The notes under the pieces: model-generated | Databases searched by the model: none | Seen by the model: the letters and a program-made list of their open reading frames with translations, nothing else | Told to the model about the DNA's origin: nothing | From: Octopus vulgaris | Lineage: Eukaryota | Reading direction: 5' to 3' | Length of the DNA stretch: 64,000 nucleotides | NCBI GenBank assembly: GCA_951406725.2 | Contig: OX597817.1 | Coordinates: forward strand, 31,496,001-31,560,000 | In this document: positions 1 to 12,862 of the stretch, one piece after another | How positions within the stretch are numbered: position 1 is the first letter of the stretch | Layout of the letters: each line of letters starts with the position of its first letter | Program-made: the position numbers and the translations under genes

Positions 1-50
<50 letters not shown>

Positions 51-51
<1 letters not shown>

Positions 52-437
52 GAAAGAATGGAGTTGAACGACGATTTAACAAAATTCCTTTATTCTCGAC
101 ATATGTTTCGAAGGCTGCATATTCCTAATTTCGAAGGAATAAGGGTTGCATTGTTTTTCCTGATGAGAAGGCGGCATAATGCACCCCTTATTCCTTCGAA
201 ATTAGGAATATGCAGCCTTCGAAACATATGTCGAGAATAAAGGAATTTTGTTAAATCGTCGTTCAACTCCATTCTTTCACTTATTTGTATTAAAAAAACA
301 CACAAATATCCACACGAAAGCACGTGATCTCTGCCCTTGGCATGTAGCTTCAACCGTGTTTTTCTGACGTGAATTTGCTACCCAGGTACCGGTTAACCGA
401 ATTTTCCATACTAAGATAATTCATTCAACTACTTAAA

Positions 438-440
<3 letters not shown>
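51..440 (+). mobile_element. Non-coding Penelope-like (pLTR-type) element with a 5' inverted partial copy, inserted in (TA)n
   Basis: 102-bp inverted arms 51-152 / 178-279 (1 mismatch seen), hammerhead core spanning loop and right arm, (TA)n on both sides (1-47, 442-478). Confidence 0.65.
155..237 (+). ncRNA. Type-I hammerhead ribozyme motif (family H1)
   Basis: Stem I TTTTC 155-159 / GAGAA 233-237; CTGATGA 160-166; stem II GAAGGC 167-172 / GCCTTC 215-220; GAAA 221-224; palindromic CATATG 225-230; GTC cleavage triplet ending 232. Confidence 0.8.
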
Positions 441-481
<41 letters not shown>

Positions 482-789
482 ATAAAATGGGACAACAAAA
501 CATCCAGATAGACGATACAAAGAAAACAAGGACGGGTCATTCAAAGTTTTCTTTCCTCAGTGATGTACCAGCGGTGCTCCAGCGAAATGACTGAAACAAG
601 TAAAAGAATAAAAGAATATTTATATAGAAACATTGTTGTTCTTAAATCTCTCAACGAGAGATATTCAGTAGCAGCACTTTAAAGTGGCGATTTTTTAACA
701 ACCTAATGTGGCAGTCCCATTTTTGGGGCGAAAGCTGCTGTTGTTTAGCCCCAGAAGATATCGTCTCCAGCAGGCTATACGTTTCTATA

Positions 790-990
790 AAGTTAATCCA
801 AACAAGAAAACACAGAAAAACACAACAACGCGAGGACGTGGAACAAATATAGTATTATTGGACGCTCAGGAGAGAAGGGAAGAAGTAGGGTTTAACGTTT
901 CGAGCGGAGCTCTTCGTTGGAAACATAGGAAAGATCCCGAGAAGGGAAGACAGAGGAAAAAAATCGCCAACTTTACACACGAGGTCACAA
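790..990 (-). mobile_element. ~200-bp hammerhead-bearing repeat (family H2), core mutated
   Basis: Homologous to 32752-32946; minus strand reads CCAACGA-A-GAGCTCCGCTC-GAAACGTT instead of CTGACGA. Confidence 0.7.
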
Positions 991-1071
991 TGTATAAATT
1001 GTGTGTGTATGTGTGTTGTCTCTCAGACTCCATGATTTCGCGGTCTCGCAAGAGACCGATGGAATTACTCA

Positions 1072-1467
1072 TTTACTCTTTTACTTGTTTTAGTCATTTG
1101 ACTGTGGCTATGCTGGAACATCGCCTTTAGTCGAGCGTATCGACCCCAAGACTTATTCTTTGTAAGCCTAGTACTTATTCTATCGTCTCTTTTGTTGAAC
1201 CGCTAAGTTACGGGGACGTAAGCACACCAGATGCGGGGACAAACACAGATGCACAAACATACACACACACATATATATATTTATATATATATATATACAT
1301 ATATATACGACGGGCTTCTTTCAGTTTCCGTCTACCAAATCCACTCACAAGACTTTGGTCAGCCCGAGGCTATAACAGAAGACACTTGCCCAAGGTGCCA
1401 CGCAGTGGGACTGAACCCAGAACCATGTGGCTGGTAAGTAAGCTACTTACCACACAGCCACTCCTGC
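1072..1467 (-). mobile_element. tRNA-derived SINE, family A
   Basis: Head GCAGGAGTGGCTGTGTGGTAAG..GGTTCAGTCCCAC, internal (TA)/(CA) tract, tail GGCGATGTTCCAGCATAGCCACAGTCAAATGACT on minus strand. Confidence 0.85.
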
Positions 1468-2194
1468 ATATATGTACAAGGGTCGATTCGTTCGACTAAA
1501 ATTCTTGAAGAGACACTCCAGCTTGGCCGCACTGTAATGACTGAAACAAGTAAAATATAAAAGAGAAAATTGTTATTGAAACCATTCTACGAAGGTCTCG
1601 AAACAGTCGCTCGCCCAGTCAAAGAGAGAGAGAAGTCTAATTCCTTTCAACTCGCACCCTGCCGTCTTGGAGAAATACATTAACCGATACACGTGATATA
1701 CAAAAGAAAAAGGAATGGTCGTGGCTGGAACAGCTTTAATCATAGATTTATACATCAAGTTTGACCAGAAGCTAAATGTACCAACAAGCAAATAAACAAA
1801 AGAATAAATAAATAGGTAAATAAATAAAGTTGTTTATGTCCTGTTCATTGTATTTAATGGTCGACTCGGCAGCAGTGCCGGAAATGAATAGAATTGTATA
1901 TTTAGGTGTGACAGAATGCTGACCACCAACAAGCATACATTTTTTTATTCTTCTCAACCCAACCAACCCCACTTTCACTCACTCGATCCCTCATCCCTTC
2001 TCTCTTTTTCTTTCCTCTCTCTCTCTCTCTCTCTCTCATTAGTGAGTACTGCCGCCTGATTTTTTCAAATTCTAAGAATTCTTCTTAATGATCTGTCGCC
2101 AAAACATCCTGAATAATTTTAAGCCTAAAAACTCAAAGAAAAAAAAAATTGAAAGGTTATTCGAACGAAAAACTAAAAATAGGATAAGCAAATA

Positions 2195-2229
2195 TCATCA
2201 GCAGCAGCAACAGCACCATCATCATCATC

Positions 2230-2293
<64 letters not shown>

Positions 2294-2337
2294 CCACCAT
2301 CATCGTCGTCGTCGTCGTCGTCGTCATCATCATCATC

Positions 2338-2369
<32 letters not shown>

Positions 2370-2385
2370 CATCACCATCATCACC

Positions 2386-2417
<32 letters not shown>

Positions 2418-2446
2418 CATCATCAGGAGCAGCAGCAGCAGCATCA
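2195..2446. repeat. (CAT)n/(CAG)n/(CGT)n compound microsatellite
   Basis: Direct reading; source of the poly-His/poly-Met ORFs. Confidence 0.95.
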
Positions 2447-3072
2447 TAGGAGAAATAAATTTCAAATGACTTTAATTTTCGGTTTTTATTTCTAAACTTT
2501 CATTGCTGTTACACTACGGAGAATAAAATAGAAATTCGCAACCTAAATTTTCTACTCATTTTGTTATTTTCTCCAAATAAGTTCTGGGAAATATAGATTC
2601 CAGCCAATCATTGATGTATCACTAGCTACTGTTTCCCCGAAATGAAAAGCTGCATAATAAGGTCAAAACTTGAGTTTCATATGTTCATAGTTAATTAGTG
2701 GAGGTTAGTAATGCCTCGTGTTCCAGGACTCATCTGGCCAGTTACTCAGTTTCCATGACGTATAAGTGACCACAATCTCAACACTTCCTTTGAACGGGAC
2801 GCCAGTCCGTTGTAGTCTGACTCATTAAAAGCTTAGTGGATTGAAGCAACGTGAAATGAAGTGTTTTGCTCAAGAACACAATTCACCTCCTGGTTGGAGA
2901 ATAACTACGATCTTGCGACCATGAGTGCAACGCTCAGTTTTAGACGCAGCAAATGATTTTAGCTCAGTAGAGGCCATTGATTGGTTAAAATTCGAAACAT
3001 TAAACTACGTTAAACTTACAAATTACAATTTTCTCAAGAAAGCCAAGAGAAAAAAAATGTTTTATTTTGACA

Positions 3073-3450
3073 CTGGTAAGTAGCTTGCTAACCAACCATA
3101 TGGTTGCGGGTTCAGTCCCACTGCGTGGCATCTTCGGCAAGTGTCTTCTGCTATAGCCCCGGGCCGACCAATGCCTTGTGAGTGGATTTGGTAGACGGAA
3201 ACTGAAAGAAGCCCATCGTATATTTGTATGTGTGTGTGTTTGTGCGTTTGTGTGTCTGTGTTTGTCCCACCAACATCGCTTGACAACCGATGCTGGTGTG
3301 TTTACGTCCCCGTCACTTAGCGGTTCGGCAAAAGTGACCGATAGAATAAGTACTGAGCTTACAAAGAATAAGTCCCGGGATCGATTTGCTCGACTAAAGG
3401 CGGTGCTCCAGCATGGCCGCAGTCAAATGACTGAAACAAGTAAAAGAGTA
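3073..3450 (+). mobile_element. SINE family A
   Basis: TGGTAAGTAGCTTGC...GGTTCAGTCCCAC...AAGGCGGTGCTCCAGCATGGCCGCAGTCAAATGACTGAAACAAGTAAAAGAG. Confidence 0.9.
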
Positions 3451-4251
3451 TAGTTCTAAGCTCTTACGTATCGTTTGAGCTGCAAGATATTGCAGTCAAA
3501 TCTCGAACGACCACCATTACAAATACGACTCTGATATTGGTGTATTTGTCAGATATTCGTAGGAATACAATATACAGAGAGACAGACTGTTTTGTCGGCC
3601 ATTTGGCAGACGTGCTAGTTAATATTTTTCCTGAGAGTACGCCAATTTTAAGGACATAGGCACACAAAGGAAAACCAATGCTGGTGCATCTAATTACTGG
3701 GCGAAATGGCAGGATTTCAAGCTAAATCTCAATCTAATAGCAATGTATCTATTAATTAATTAATTACAGGATTCATGGGGAAGCTTTTTATGGTTTAAAC
3801 ATTTCATCAGAACAAGTGTGGTAATACAACATAGAGTTAAAACTATTAACTTCATTAAAAGTCACGCATTGAATAACTGCTTGAATGTAGATTCATATTA
3901 GTATAAGCGATGCGAGTTCAGCAAAATATTATTGCATGTTGAAGAACGGTGTTTGTCAAAGAAACAATATTTGAGAGACGCTTTAGACTTAGTGCTTGTT
4001 TTTAAGTTAAAACGACTTATTTTGTGATGAGAATTGGTATTAGTTCGAGTCTCTGCAAGAGGAGAAGACAAACATTCTCAATAAAACTGAAGCATTCAAG
4101 AATAAAATAAACGTAATGGAAACATTCGGTACAGAATGACAGTTTTGAAATGTATTACCATAGTGATTTATCTGTGAAAAAAAAATGACTTTTAATTCTA
4201 CTATGCAAATGATACATAATCAAACATAATGAGGAATTATGCCCATTATTT

Positions 4252-4739
<488 letters not shown>

Positions 4740-4807
4740 TTTGTATTAGACATCACCAAACGGAATCAATGGAACAAGGAAAGTTTATTATTATTATTAT
4801 TATTATT

Positions 4808-4886
<79 letters not shown>

Positions 4887-5984
4887 GTATTATTATTATT
4901 ATTACTTTATGAGTTTACATGCAGAGTTGTCTTGTGATTCAAGTCTCAAACTTGAATTTTTCAACAATTTTCAAGAACAAACATGAACAGTTTTTGGCTG
5001 AATATAAAATTTAGAATTTCCAATAGTATCTAGATTTGCAATGGCAGCTCTTCGACTATTTTACTTCAACATATTCATGTGAATCTGCTTTTTCAGCGCC
5101 AGTGACAATGAAGACAAAATACCGCTCAACTGTTATGAATGTAGAAATTCCCTTATGAACATCACTGACAAATGTTAAGCCACAGTTTGATATATTGTGC
5201 CCAAACAAACAAACAAACCCATTCCGTTGAAGATATTCATATAAAATATTTCTTTCTATTAGTAAAAGTTTTGTGTGGTCTTGTTTTATATTTTGTTAGC
5301 TTTTATTACGTATTTTATTATTGAATTTTTCTAACGGAAACTGGGTCGCGAAAAATATTTGTATGAAAATGGGTTGCAAGGAATGAATTTTAAGAAGCAG
5401 TTGGTATAGGGCACACTATTCTTTAAAATATAAGGGCTTGGTCGCACCTGAAAAGATCAACACGGGAACGATATTTTTCATGTGATTTTATAAGAATTGT
5501 GAGGTTTTGTTAGAAATATTTTTCGCTAGCGAATGAGCTTTCACATAGTGGTTCAGCCTGCTAGAAACAATTCACAAATCGTACCCTCTTAAATATATAT
5601 TAAATGATATAGGCTTTGATACGCAGTGCACGATAGTTGAGGACGGAATGTTTTTCTTTTATCATTGGCTTACTTAGACAGAACCGACTTGTAGCTAAGC
5701 AACGACAATATTTCCTCATAGGAAATTCCGTAAGAGACTAGTTCCTATCCAGGAGGAATATTACTTCACACGGGCTATATAAAACTGGAAATAACAATTT
5801 TTCTACATTCCAAATGAATAAATTCAATTACTTGTATACTGTAATAAAGTAAAATAATGTATCGCCAGAAATTAAGCCTTCAACGATAGATCTTAAATCA
5901 TGAAGAATATGCGTTCCAAACTGGTTGGTTTCTTTCAAAAAACATGGTTAGTACTATATCTATATATTTATTTATATCTCTTTT

Positions 5985-6394
5985 CTTTTACTCTTTTACT
6001 TGTTTCAGTCATTTGACTGCGGCCATGCTGGAGTACCGCCTTTAATCGAGCAACTCGACCCCGGGACTTATTCTTTTGTAAGCCCAGTACTTATTCTATC
6101 GGTCTCTTTTGCCGAACCGCTAAGTAACGGGGACATAAACGCACCAGCATCAGTTGTCAAGCAATGCTAGGGGGACAAACACAGACGCACAAACACACAC
6201 ACGCATATATATATATATATACATATATACGACGGGCTTCTTTCAGTTTCCGTCTACCAAATCCACTCACAAGGCTTTGGTCGGCCCGAGGCTATAATAG
6301 AAGATACTTGCCCAAGGTGCCACGCAGTGGGACTGAACCCGGAACCATGTGGTTGGTAAACAAGCTACTTACCACATAGCCACTCCTGCGCCTA
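5985..6394 (-). mobile_element. SINE family A, full length
   Basis: Reverse complement of the family A consensus from TAGGCGCAGGAGTGG head to GAAACAAGTAAAAGAG tail. Confidence 0.9.
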
Positions 6395-7118
6395 TATATT
6401 TATCTTCACTGACCAGCTAAGTTCTAATACGCATTGGTGGATATTTTAACATTATACATTTAATGAGAATTATATTATGAATGAAGAAATGGAAAAAAAA
6501 ACTTCCAATTTTTATTAAAACATCTATTTGAAGGACTAACTGATAATCCTTTAATATATAAAACATAAGGTCAGAAACATGATGGGAGGATAGAGTTGAT
6601 TATATCGCCCAAGTACTTCAATGGAGGAAGATGAAGCAAAACTGACCTCGACAGGATTAGAATTCAGAACGTAAAGAGTAGAACAAAGACGGGTATGTAT
6701 CTTACTCGGCGTAATAATGAATCTGCCTGTCCCCCCCCCACTCCACTCCTCACCAATGTTATTATAATCAAGGTTAATTATAATGACTCAGTGCTTTACT
6801 CGTTCCAGCGAAAGACCCAACCTGCTAGAAATTACAGTTAGATCTCTTTCAATCCACACACTAGTGCCTTAAAAGAATGCATGATATGAAAGTGTTGTCT
6901 TAGATACCCTTTGAAAAAACTAATTGATCACTGAATGCCTTCCACTATAACTATGCCCGTTCAGGGCTGACTTAAGTATAAACTAACAAGTGGCACTTAT
7001 CTATTGTCCCAGGGCGACAGTGTCTTTCATCCTCAATGGACCATAAGCACAAAATGTGTGGTTATGCGTCCATTAAAAATCACTGTTTATAAAAGCTGGC
7101 AGAATCGATAAAGGTATT

Positions 7119-7445
7119 GGTACTTTTTGGTTATCTCACCCCCATTAAAAAATTGGGTTATCTCCCCACTAAGAAGTTGAGTTTATGTGGCGAAAAGAGA
7201 TTGGATTAAAAAGGTTAAATACTTTTGATACAGTACTTCAACACATTGTTGACTTTTGGCCTCCTCAAAAGACATAGCATGATTTGTAATAAAAATGTTA
7301 TTAGATTCAATGATATTTTATTTTTTCAGTTTTCATGTTTATTAATTTTTCATATTTTTGGGTTTTATTGTGGGTTAAACAATCTTTTAGTTGGAGGAGA
7401 TAACGCATTTTCTTTTTAATGGGGGTGAGATATCCAAAAAGTACC
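7119..7445. mobile_element. MITE with ~60-bp TIRs and 8-bp TSD, Merlin-like
   Basis: TIR GGTACTTTTTGGTTATCTCACCCCCATTAAAAA / TTTTTAATGGGGGTGAGATATCCAAAAAGTACC; flanks AAGGTATT (7111-7118) / AAGGTACT (7446-7453); interrupts a degenerate family B SINE. Confidence 0.75.
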
Positions 7446-7734
7446 AAGGTACTTAAGGACTTAAGGACTCGCAGCATTTTATGTCATGGTTTTTTTACTT
7501 TCTAAGTTCAAATACTATCGAGGTCGATTTTGCCCTTAACAAGAATTTACAACCCATCTCGTACTGAAATCGATATAATCAATTCCAGTTCAGTTCAGTC
7601 TTTCCTTGGACAAGGTCCAAAAGCCATGGATTTTGGTACCTTCCTCCACGTGAAATCATTAAAAGAATTGTAAAAAGAAGAAATTATGTTGTAAACGAAG
7701 ACATTTTAAATGAATTCAAATTACAAGTTTAGTG

Positions 7735-8125
7735 ATGGCACAAGTATGGATGGATGTTTGGTTAAGGCATTTGCTTCGCAACCACATGACTACGTTCCAA
7801 TATGCGGTACTTTGAGCAAGTATCTCCAGCTATGATTCCGGGTCGGCCCATTCCTTGTGAGCGAATTTGGTAGACAGAAACTGTGGAAACACATCGTATG
7901 GATAGTATAAATTTGTATGTGTGTCTGAGTGCGGCGCGTGTGCACGCCTTTCTGTTTGTCTTGGTTTGTTTGCGTCCACGTCACTTAGCGGTTCAGTGAA
8001 AAGATACCGATAGATCGAGCACAGTTCATAAAAATAAATACTCGGGTCGATTAGTTCGATTAAACTCTTCAATGGAGTGCTCCAGCATGACCGCAGTTTA
8101 ACGACTGAAGCAAGTGAAAGAAAAC
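7735..8125 (+). mobile_element. SINE family A, diverged
   Basis: Degenerate head, body and GCTCCAGCATGACCGCAG tail. Confidence 0.7.
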
Positions 8126-8183
8126 AGTACGAAATTTCATTTCCTGAATGATTGCAAAATGAAAAAGCTTTAATTAATCCTTT

Positions 8184-8720
8184 GGCATTCTTTCGATATA
8201 ACTCGACAAAATCAAAACACTTCACCGGGTATTTCCGTGGAAGCAAATGACAGTTCGATTCTGTTTTCTGCTTGGAAATTTTCGGATTTTACATACACAC
8301 ATGACACAGGTAAGAACAAATATGCAAGGCTTTTTTTTCTTCAAGTTTAAAATGAGACATTGCTGGCATAATCTCATTATATCTATACCCCACAAGGTGC
8401 GTGCTTAGTCGTTAGGGTGTCAGCATTATGATCGTAAGATTGTGGTTTCGATTCCTGGACCGGGCGACGCGTTGTGTTCTTGAGCAGAACACTTCCTTTC
8501 ACGTTGCTCCAGTCCACTCAGCTGGCAAAAATGAGTAACGCTGGGATGGACTGGCGTCCCATCCAGCTGGGGAACACATACGCCACAGAAACCGGGAAAC
8601 CGGGCCCATGAGCCTGGCTAGGCTTTAAAGGGCGCATTTATTTATTATTATACTCCACAACTCACGGAAATACCCGAAGTGAAATGTCTCGACCTTGTCG
8701 AGCTGTATCGAAGGAATGCC
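8184..8720. mobile_element. 537-bp MITE (GGC..GCC ends, ~57-bp TIRs) carrying a nested tRNA-derived SINE (8396-8648)
   Basis: TIR GGCATTCTTTCGATATAACTCGACAAAATCAAAAC.. / ..GTCGAGCTGTATCGAAGGAATGCC; SINE TSD TATAC(C/T)CCACAA at 8384-8395 and 8649-8660; highly similar to 45535-46071. Confidence 0.85.
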
Positions 8721-9102
8721 AATTCTTTCTACTATAGGAACAAAACCTAAAATTAGGGTGGGGTTAAGTCAATTATATCGACTGCTACACATTTTCCCAA
8801 CCTCGAAAGGCAAAGCTGACCTCGGCTGAATTTGAAATCAGAGGGTTAAGATGAACGAAAGGCAGCAAAGCATTTGGCGTGCTAACGATTTTGCTAGCAC
8901 GCCTCCTTGCGAAGTTTTTTATCAATGAAATGAATATGTGACAGCTCCTCATGAATTTCCGGTCATATATTTCATATTAGTACTAATTATTTAGAATTAG
9001 CAGATTATTAATGGAGTAATAGATTCTTCAACAATAAGCTAAAAATATTGTCACCGTATCTAAGATAGGCAAATAAGCTCGGTCAACAAATAACAAATAG
9101 TC

Positions 9103-9485
9103 GCTGGAGTGGTTGTGTGGTAAGTAGCTTGCTTACCAACCACATGGTTCCGGGTTCAGTCCCACTGCGTGGTACCTTGGTCAAGTGTCTTCTACTATAG
9201 CCTCGTGCCGATCAAAGCCTTGTGAGTGGGTTTGGTAGACGGAAACTGAAAGAAGCCCATCGTATATTTGTATGTGTTTGTGCGTCTGTGTTTGTCCCAC
9301 CAACATCGCTTGACAACCGATGCTGGTGTGTTTACGTCCCCGTAACTTAGCGGTTCGGCAAAAGAGAACGATAGAATAATTCCTCGGATTACAAAGAATA
9401 AGTCCTGGGGTCGATTTGCTCGACTAAAGGCGGTGCTCCAGCATGGCCGCAGTCAAATGACTGAAACAAATAAAAAAAAGAGTAA
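9103..9485 (+). mobile_element. SINE family A
   Basis: Full head, body and tail match other copies. Confidence 0.9.
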
Positions 9486-9624
9486 ATATATGTATTTCCG
9501 TTTATACGAAGGCAAAATAGGTAATGACATGGCTATACTGTACATATTTTTCATTTGTTCATAAGTGAAAAAAATGCACGCTAAATATATGAAAAATAGA
9601 GCGATTCCATTTTCATATGCTCGA

Positions 9625-9661
<37 letters not shown>

Positions 9662-9662
<1 letters not shown>

Positions 9663-10568
9663 CTGAGGACAACAACATGCAGTTTAATGCAGGTAAGTTC
9701 CAGGCCCTGCGCTACTGGCACACAAAGGTAAATGACGTGAAGACTGGATACACTGGCCCAGGAAGAATTGCAATCCCTGAGTCAAAATCAGTGCGTGACC
9801 TGGGCATTGACATGAGCAATGATGCATCTTTCCAAATGCATATTGCTAATCTGGTGATAAAATGCAGACGGCTAGCTGGATGGATTCTCCGAACTTTCAG
9901 AACAAGAGAGAAGGAGACACTGATGGTCCTATGGAAAACATTTGTCCTCAGCCGCTTGGACTACTGCTCCCAACTTTGGTCACCACACAATATAAAACAA
10001 ACAGCAGAACTCGAAGCAACTCAGAGAAGCTACACAAAGAAAATCGTCTCAATGCAAAATGTCAGCTACTGGGAAAGACTGAAGGTATTAAACCTCTTCT
10101 CCCTGGAGCGGAGGCGGGAGAGATATGCAGTAATATACATCTGGAAAATCCTGGAGGGTCTTGTCCCAAACTTTGGCATTCAAAGTTACTCCAACCGCAG
10201 AACGGGCGCCGCTGCGTGGTGCCAAGGATTCCAACATCACCATCAAAATACAGGTCCAGATACTGCAACAGCTTGGGTTTCAGAGGACCACAGCTTTTCA
10301 ACATCCTCCCTAAATGCCTGAGAGACTTACATGGTGTGGATGTGGGTTTCTTTAAAACTAAACTGGATCTCTTCTTGTTGGGAGTCCCAGATGAACCTAC
10401 CTCACGACAGGAGACACGGATGCGGGCAGCAGCATCGAACTCCCTTGTTGATCAAGTGCCACGTATCAGAGGTGGATTCACAAACTAGTGTGGCTCATTC
10501 AGCGGTGGTGCCCCAGCATGGCCGCGGCCTTCGGGCTAAAACATTTTTAAGGATTTTTAAGGATTTAA

Positions 10569-10570
<2 letters not shown>
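9662..10570 (+). mobile_element. 5'-truncated CR1-group LINE (end of RT, thumb and C-terminus, 3' tail), frameshifted
   Basis: FNAGKF..RDLGI..SRLDYCSQLWSP..LEATQR..SYWERLKVLNLFSLERRRER (ORF 9617-10321) continuing in ORF 9862-10488 after a frameshift near 10205; tail GGTGCCCCAGCATGGCCGC plus TTTAAGGAT repeats; flanked by (TA)n. Confidence 0.9.
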
Positions 10571-10627
<57 letters not shown>

Positions 10628-10819
10628 AACAATTAAGGATAACTTCTTAATAAGGAATCTTAACAAGAAATTATCAGGTAGTTAGCGTGAAAAACCTCAT
10701 AAAAGAAAAGAATTCGAAAAGAATTTTTTTTCTTTTGAACAAATTAATTAGTGTAATTTTGGTAGTAATGACTTTGTCCCTCTTAGTGTGAGGCATTTAT
10801 GTGTAATAATGCCCTCTAT

Positions 10820-10868
<49 letters not shown>

Positions 10869-11352
10869 AGAAAACGTTTAGTAAATGTTTAGAAAAAATA
10901 AAACAAATAACCTTGTTTGCTTTGATGAGGTTTTATTTTATTTACTTCCAGGGCTACAGATGTTCAGCAGCTGGCCAAAAATACATTTCAATCAGGTCAG
11001 TATAGGTCGTGTCAGGTCATAACTCCGATACCTGCCAGCATGTTTAGAAATGAGGTTGTGTGGGGAAGGGACGGACGGCGGGGAGAAAGACATTCAGGGG
11101 GGCCCAATCGCATGAACGAAAGAAAGAGTGAAAGAAAGAAAGAAGTGGATGTAGAATATGCATGCGCTGTGTACTTAATTCATTCTGTTTTAACAAAAAG
11201 AAACGAGAATCATTCCAGTTCTATAAATGGTCTAATAATCATAAACTTTAAATATCTATCAGAGAGTTGTTAATTTTCATTTTGTTGCTTATATGTGAAG
11301 AATTGGCGATGGAGAAGCACAACTGTTACAGTGCTTTGGGGATATTTAATCA

Positions 11353-11755
11353 TAGGCGCAGGAGTGGCTGTGTGGTAAGTTGCTTGCTAACCAACCACAT
11401 GGTTCCGGGTTCAGTCCCACTGCGTGGCACCTTGGGCAAGTGTCTTCTGCTATAGCCCCGGGCCGATCAATGCCTTGTGAGTGGATTTGGTAGATGGAAA
11501 CTGAAAGAAGCCTGTCGTATATATGTATATATATATGTATGTGTGTGTGTGTGTTTGTGTATCTGTGTTTGTCCGCCTAGCATTGCTTGACAACCGATGC
11601 TGGTGTGTTTACGTCCCCGTCACTTAGCAGTTCGGCAAAAAGAGACCGATAGAATAAGTACTGGGCTTACAAAGAATAAGTCCCGGGGTCGATTTGCTCG
11701 ACTAAAGGCGGTGCTCCAGCATGGCCGCAGTCAAATGACTGAAACAAGTAATAGA
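11353..11755 (+). mobile_element. SINE family A, full length
   Basis: TAGGCGCAGGAGTGGCTGTGTGG head to GACTGAAACAAGTAA tail. Confidence 0.9.
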
Positions 11756-11954
11756 AAAAAAATATCCTTTATGTTCGAATTCAAATCCTACGGCTCTTAT
11801 CTTACTGAGGTGGGTTAAAGGAGTAATGCGTTTGATTTAAACGATTATATCTCTCCTACTAAATCCGTAGTCACCTGTATAGCAAATATGGGGTTAAGAA
11901 GTTCACTTCTAACCACGTGGTTTCAGGTTCAGTCCTACTGCATGGCACTTTCGA

Positions 11955-12372
11955 AAAATATCTTCATAGTGTACATTATGGAAGGACTGGTACCAAACTT
12001 TGGAATAAAGAGCTATACCAAACCACGAACAGGACGTCATTGTGCTGTCCCCACTGTTCCGACTGCTTCATCTCGGGCAAGGACAATGTACTGCAATAGC
12101 TTGGGTTTCAAGGGCCCGCGGCTGTTTAACTGTCTGCCGAAGCATCTGAGGAGCACCCATGGAGTGGATGTAGACGTTTTCAAACGTGAACTCTGGCTCG
12201 CCGAGATCCCGGATGAGCCAACATCTAAGCGAGAAACTCAAAAGAGGGCAGTAGCATCAAACTCCGTCCTTCACCAAAAGCCGCCCCGACAAAGGCGGAA
12301 AGTGGAAAGATGATTACAATGGCGGTGCTCCAGCATGGCCACAGTCATTGGACTGAAACAAATAAAAGAATA
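11955..12372 (+). mobile_element. 3' fragment of a second CR1-group LINE subfamily
   Basis: EGLVPNFGI..YCNSLGFKGPRLFNCLP..IPDEPT homologous to 10150-10490; tail GGCGGTGCTCCAGCATGGCCACAGTCATTGGACTGAAACAAATAAAAGAA. Confidence 0.85.
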
Positions 12373-12828
12373 TCCAGTGTGTACTGTTCTTTTTAAGACG
12401 GTAAAATGTGATCTGAGGAAGATTTAACTACTATTTTTAGCAGGGCTTGTGGCTACATAGAAGCAACCACCTTTGTTCGTAAATTAAATATTAATGCCGG
12501 AGATGGTACAACAGTTTTCTTTAAACATGGGGTGTTTCTAATCCTGCTTGATTTTCTGTTTTTTCAAAGCGCTTGCTCTGATGGCTAGTTTAAATGTTAC
12601 TAGTTCAAGCTAGATGTTTGCTTTAAATTGTAGAAATTAGCTGAGGTGAAGTTGTTATTGTTGTTGCTTAACCTCAGACGCTCCCTGAGTTGACAGATCT
12701 GATTATTTCGTCAGTATAGCCATAGGATTATATTGTGCCATATATCCTTCTTTATTAAATACGATAGGTTGCGGTATCAGAGAGATTTGGTTGATAACAC
12801 AAGAAGGTCGTGCAACCAGGTAATGAAT

Positions 12829-12862
<34 letters not shown>

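Noticed and set aside
58-353. Overlapping opposite-strand ORFs with near-identical peptides
   Set aside because: Consequence of the DNA inverted repeat, not protein coding
2088-2495. Poly-His/poly-Met ORFs (also 18331-19366)
   Set aside because: Translations of (CAT)n microsatellites with no splice or composition support
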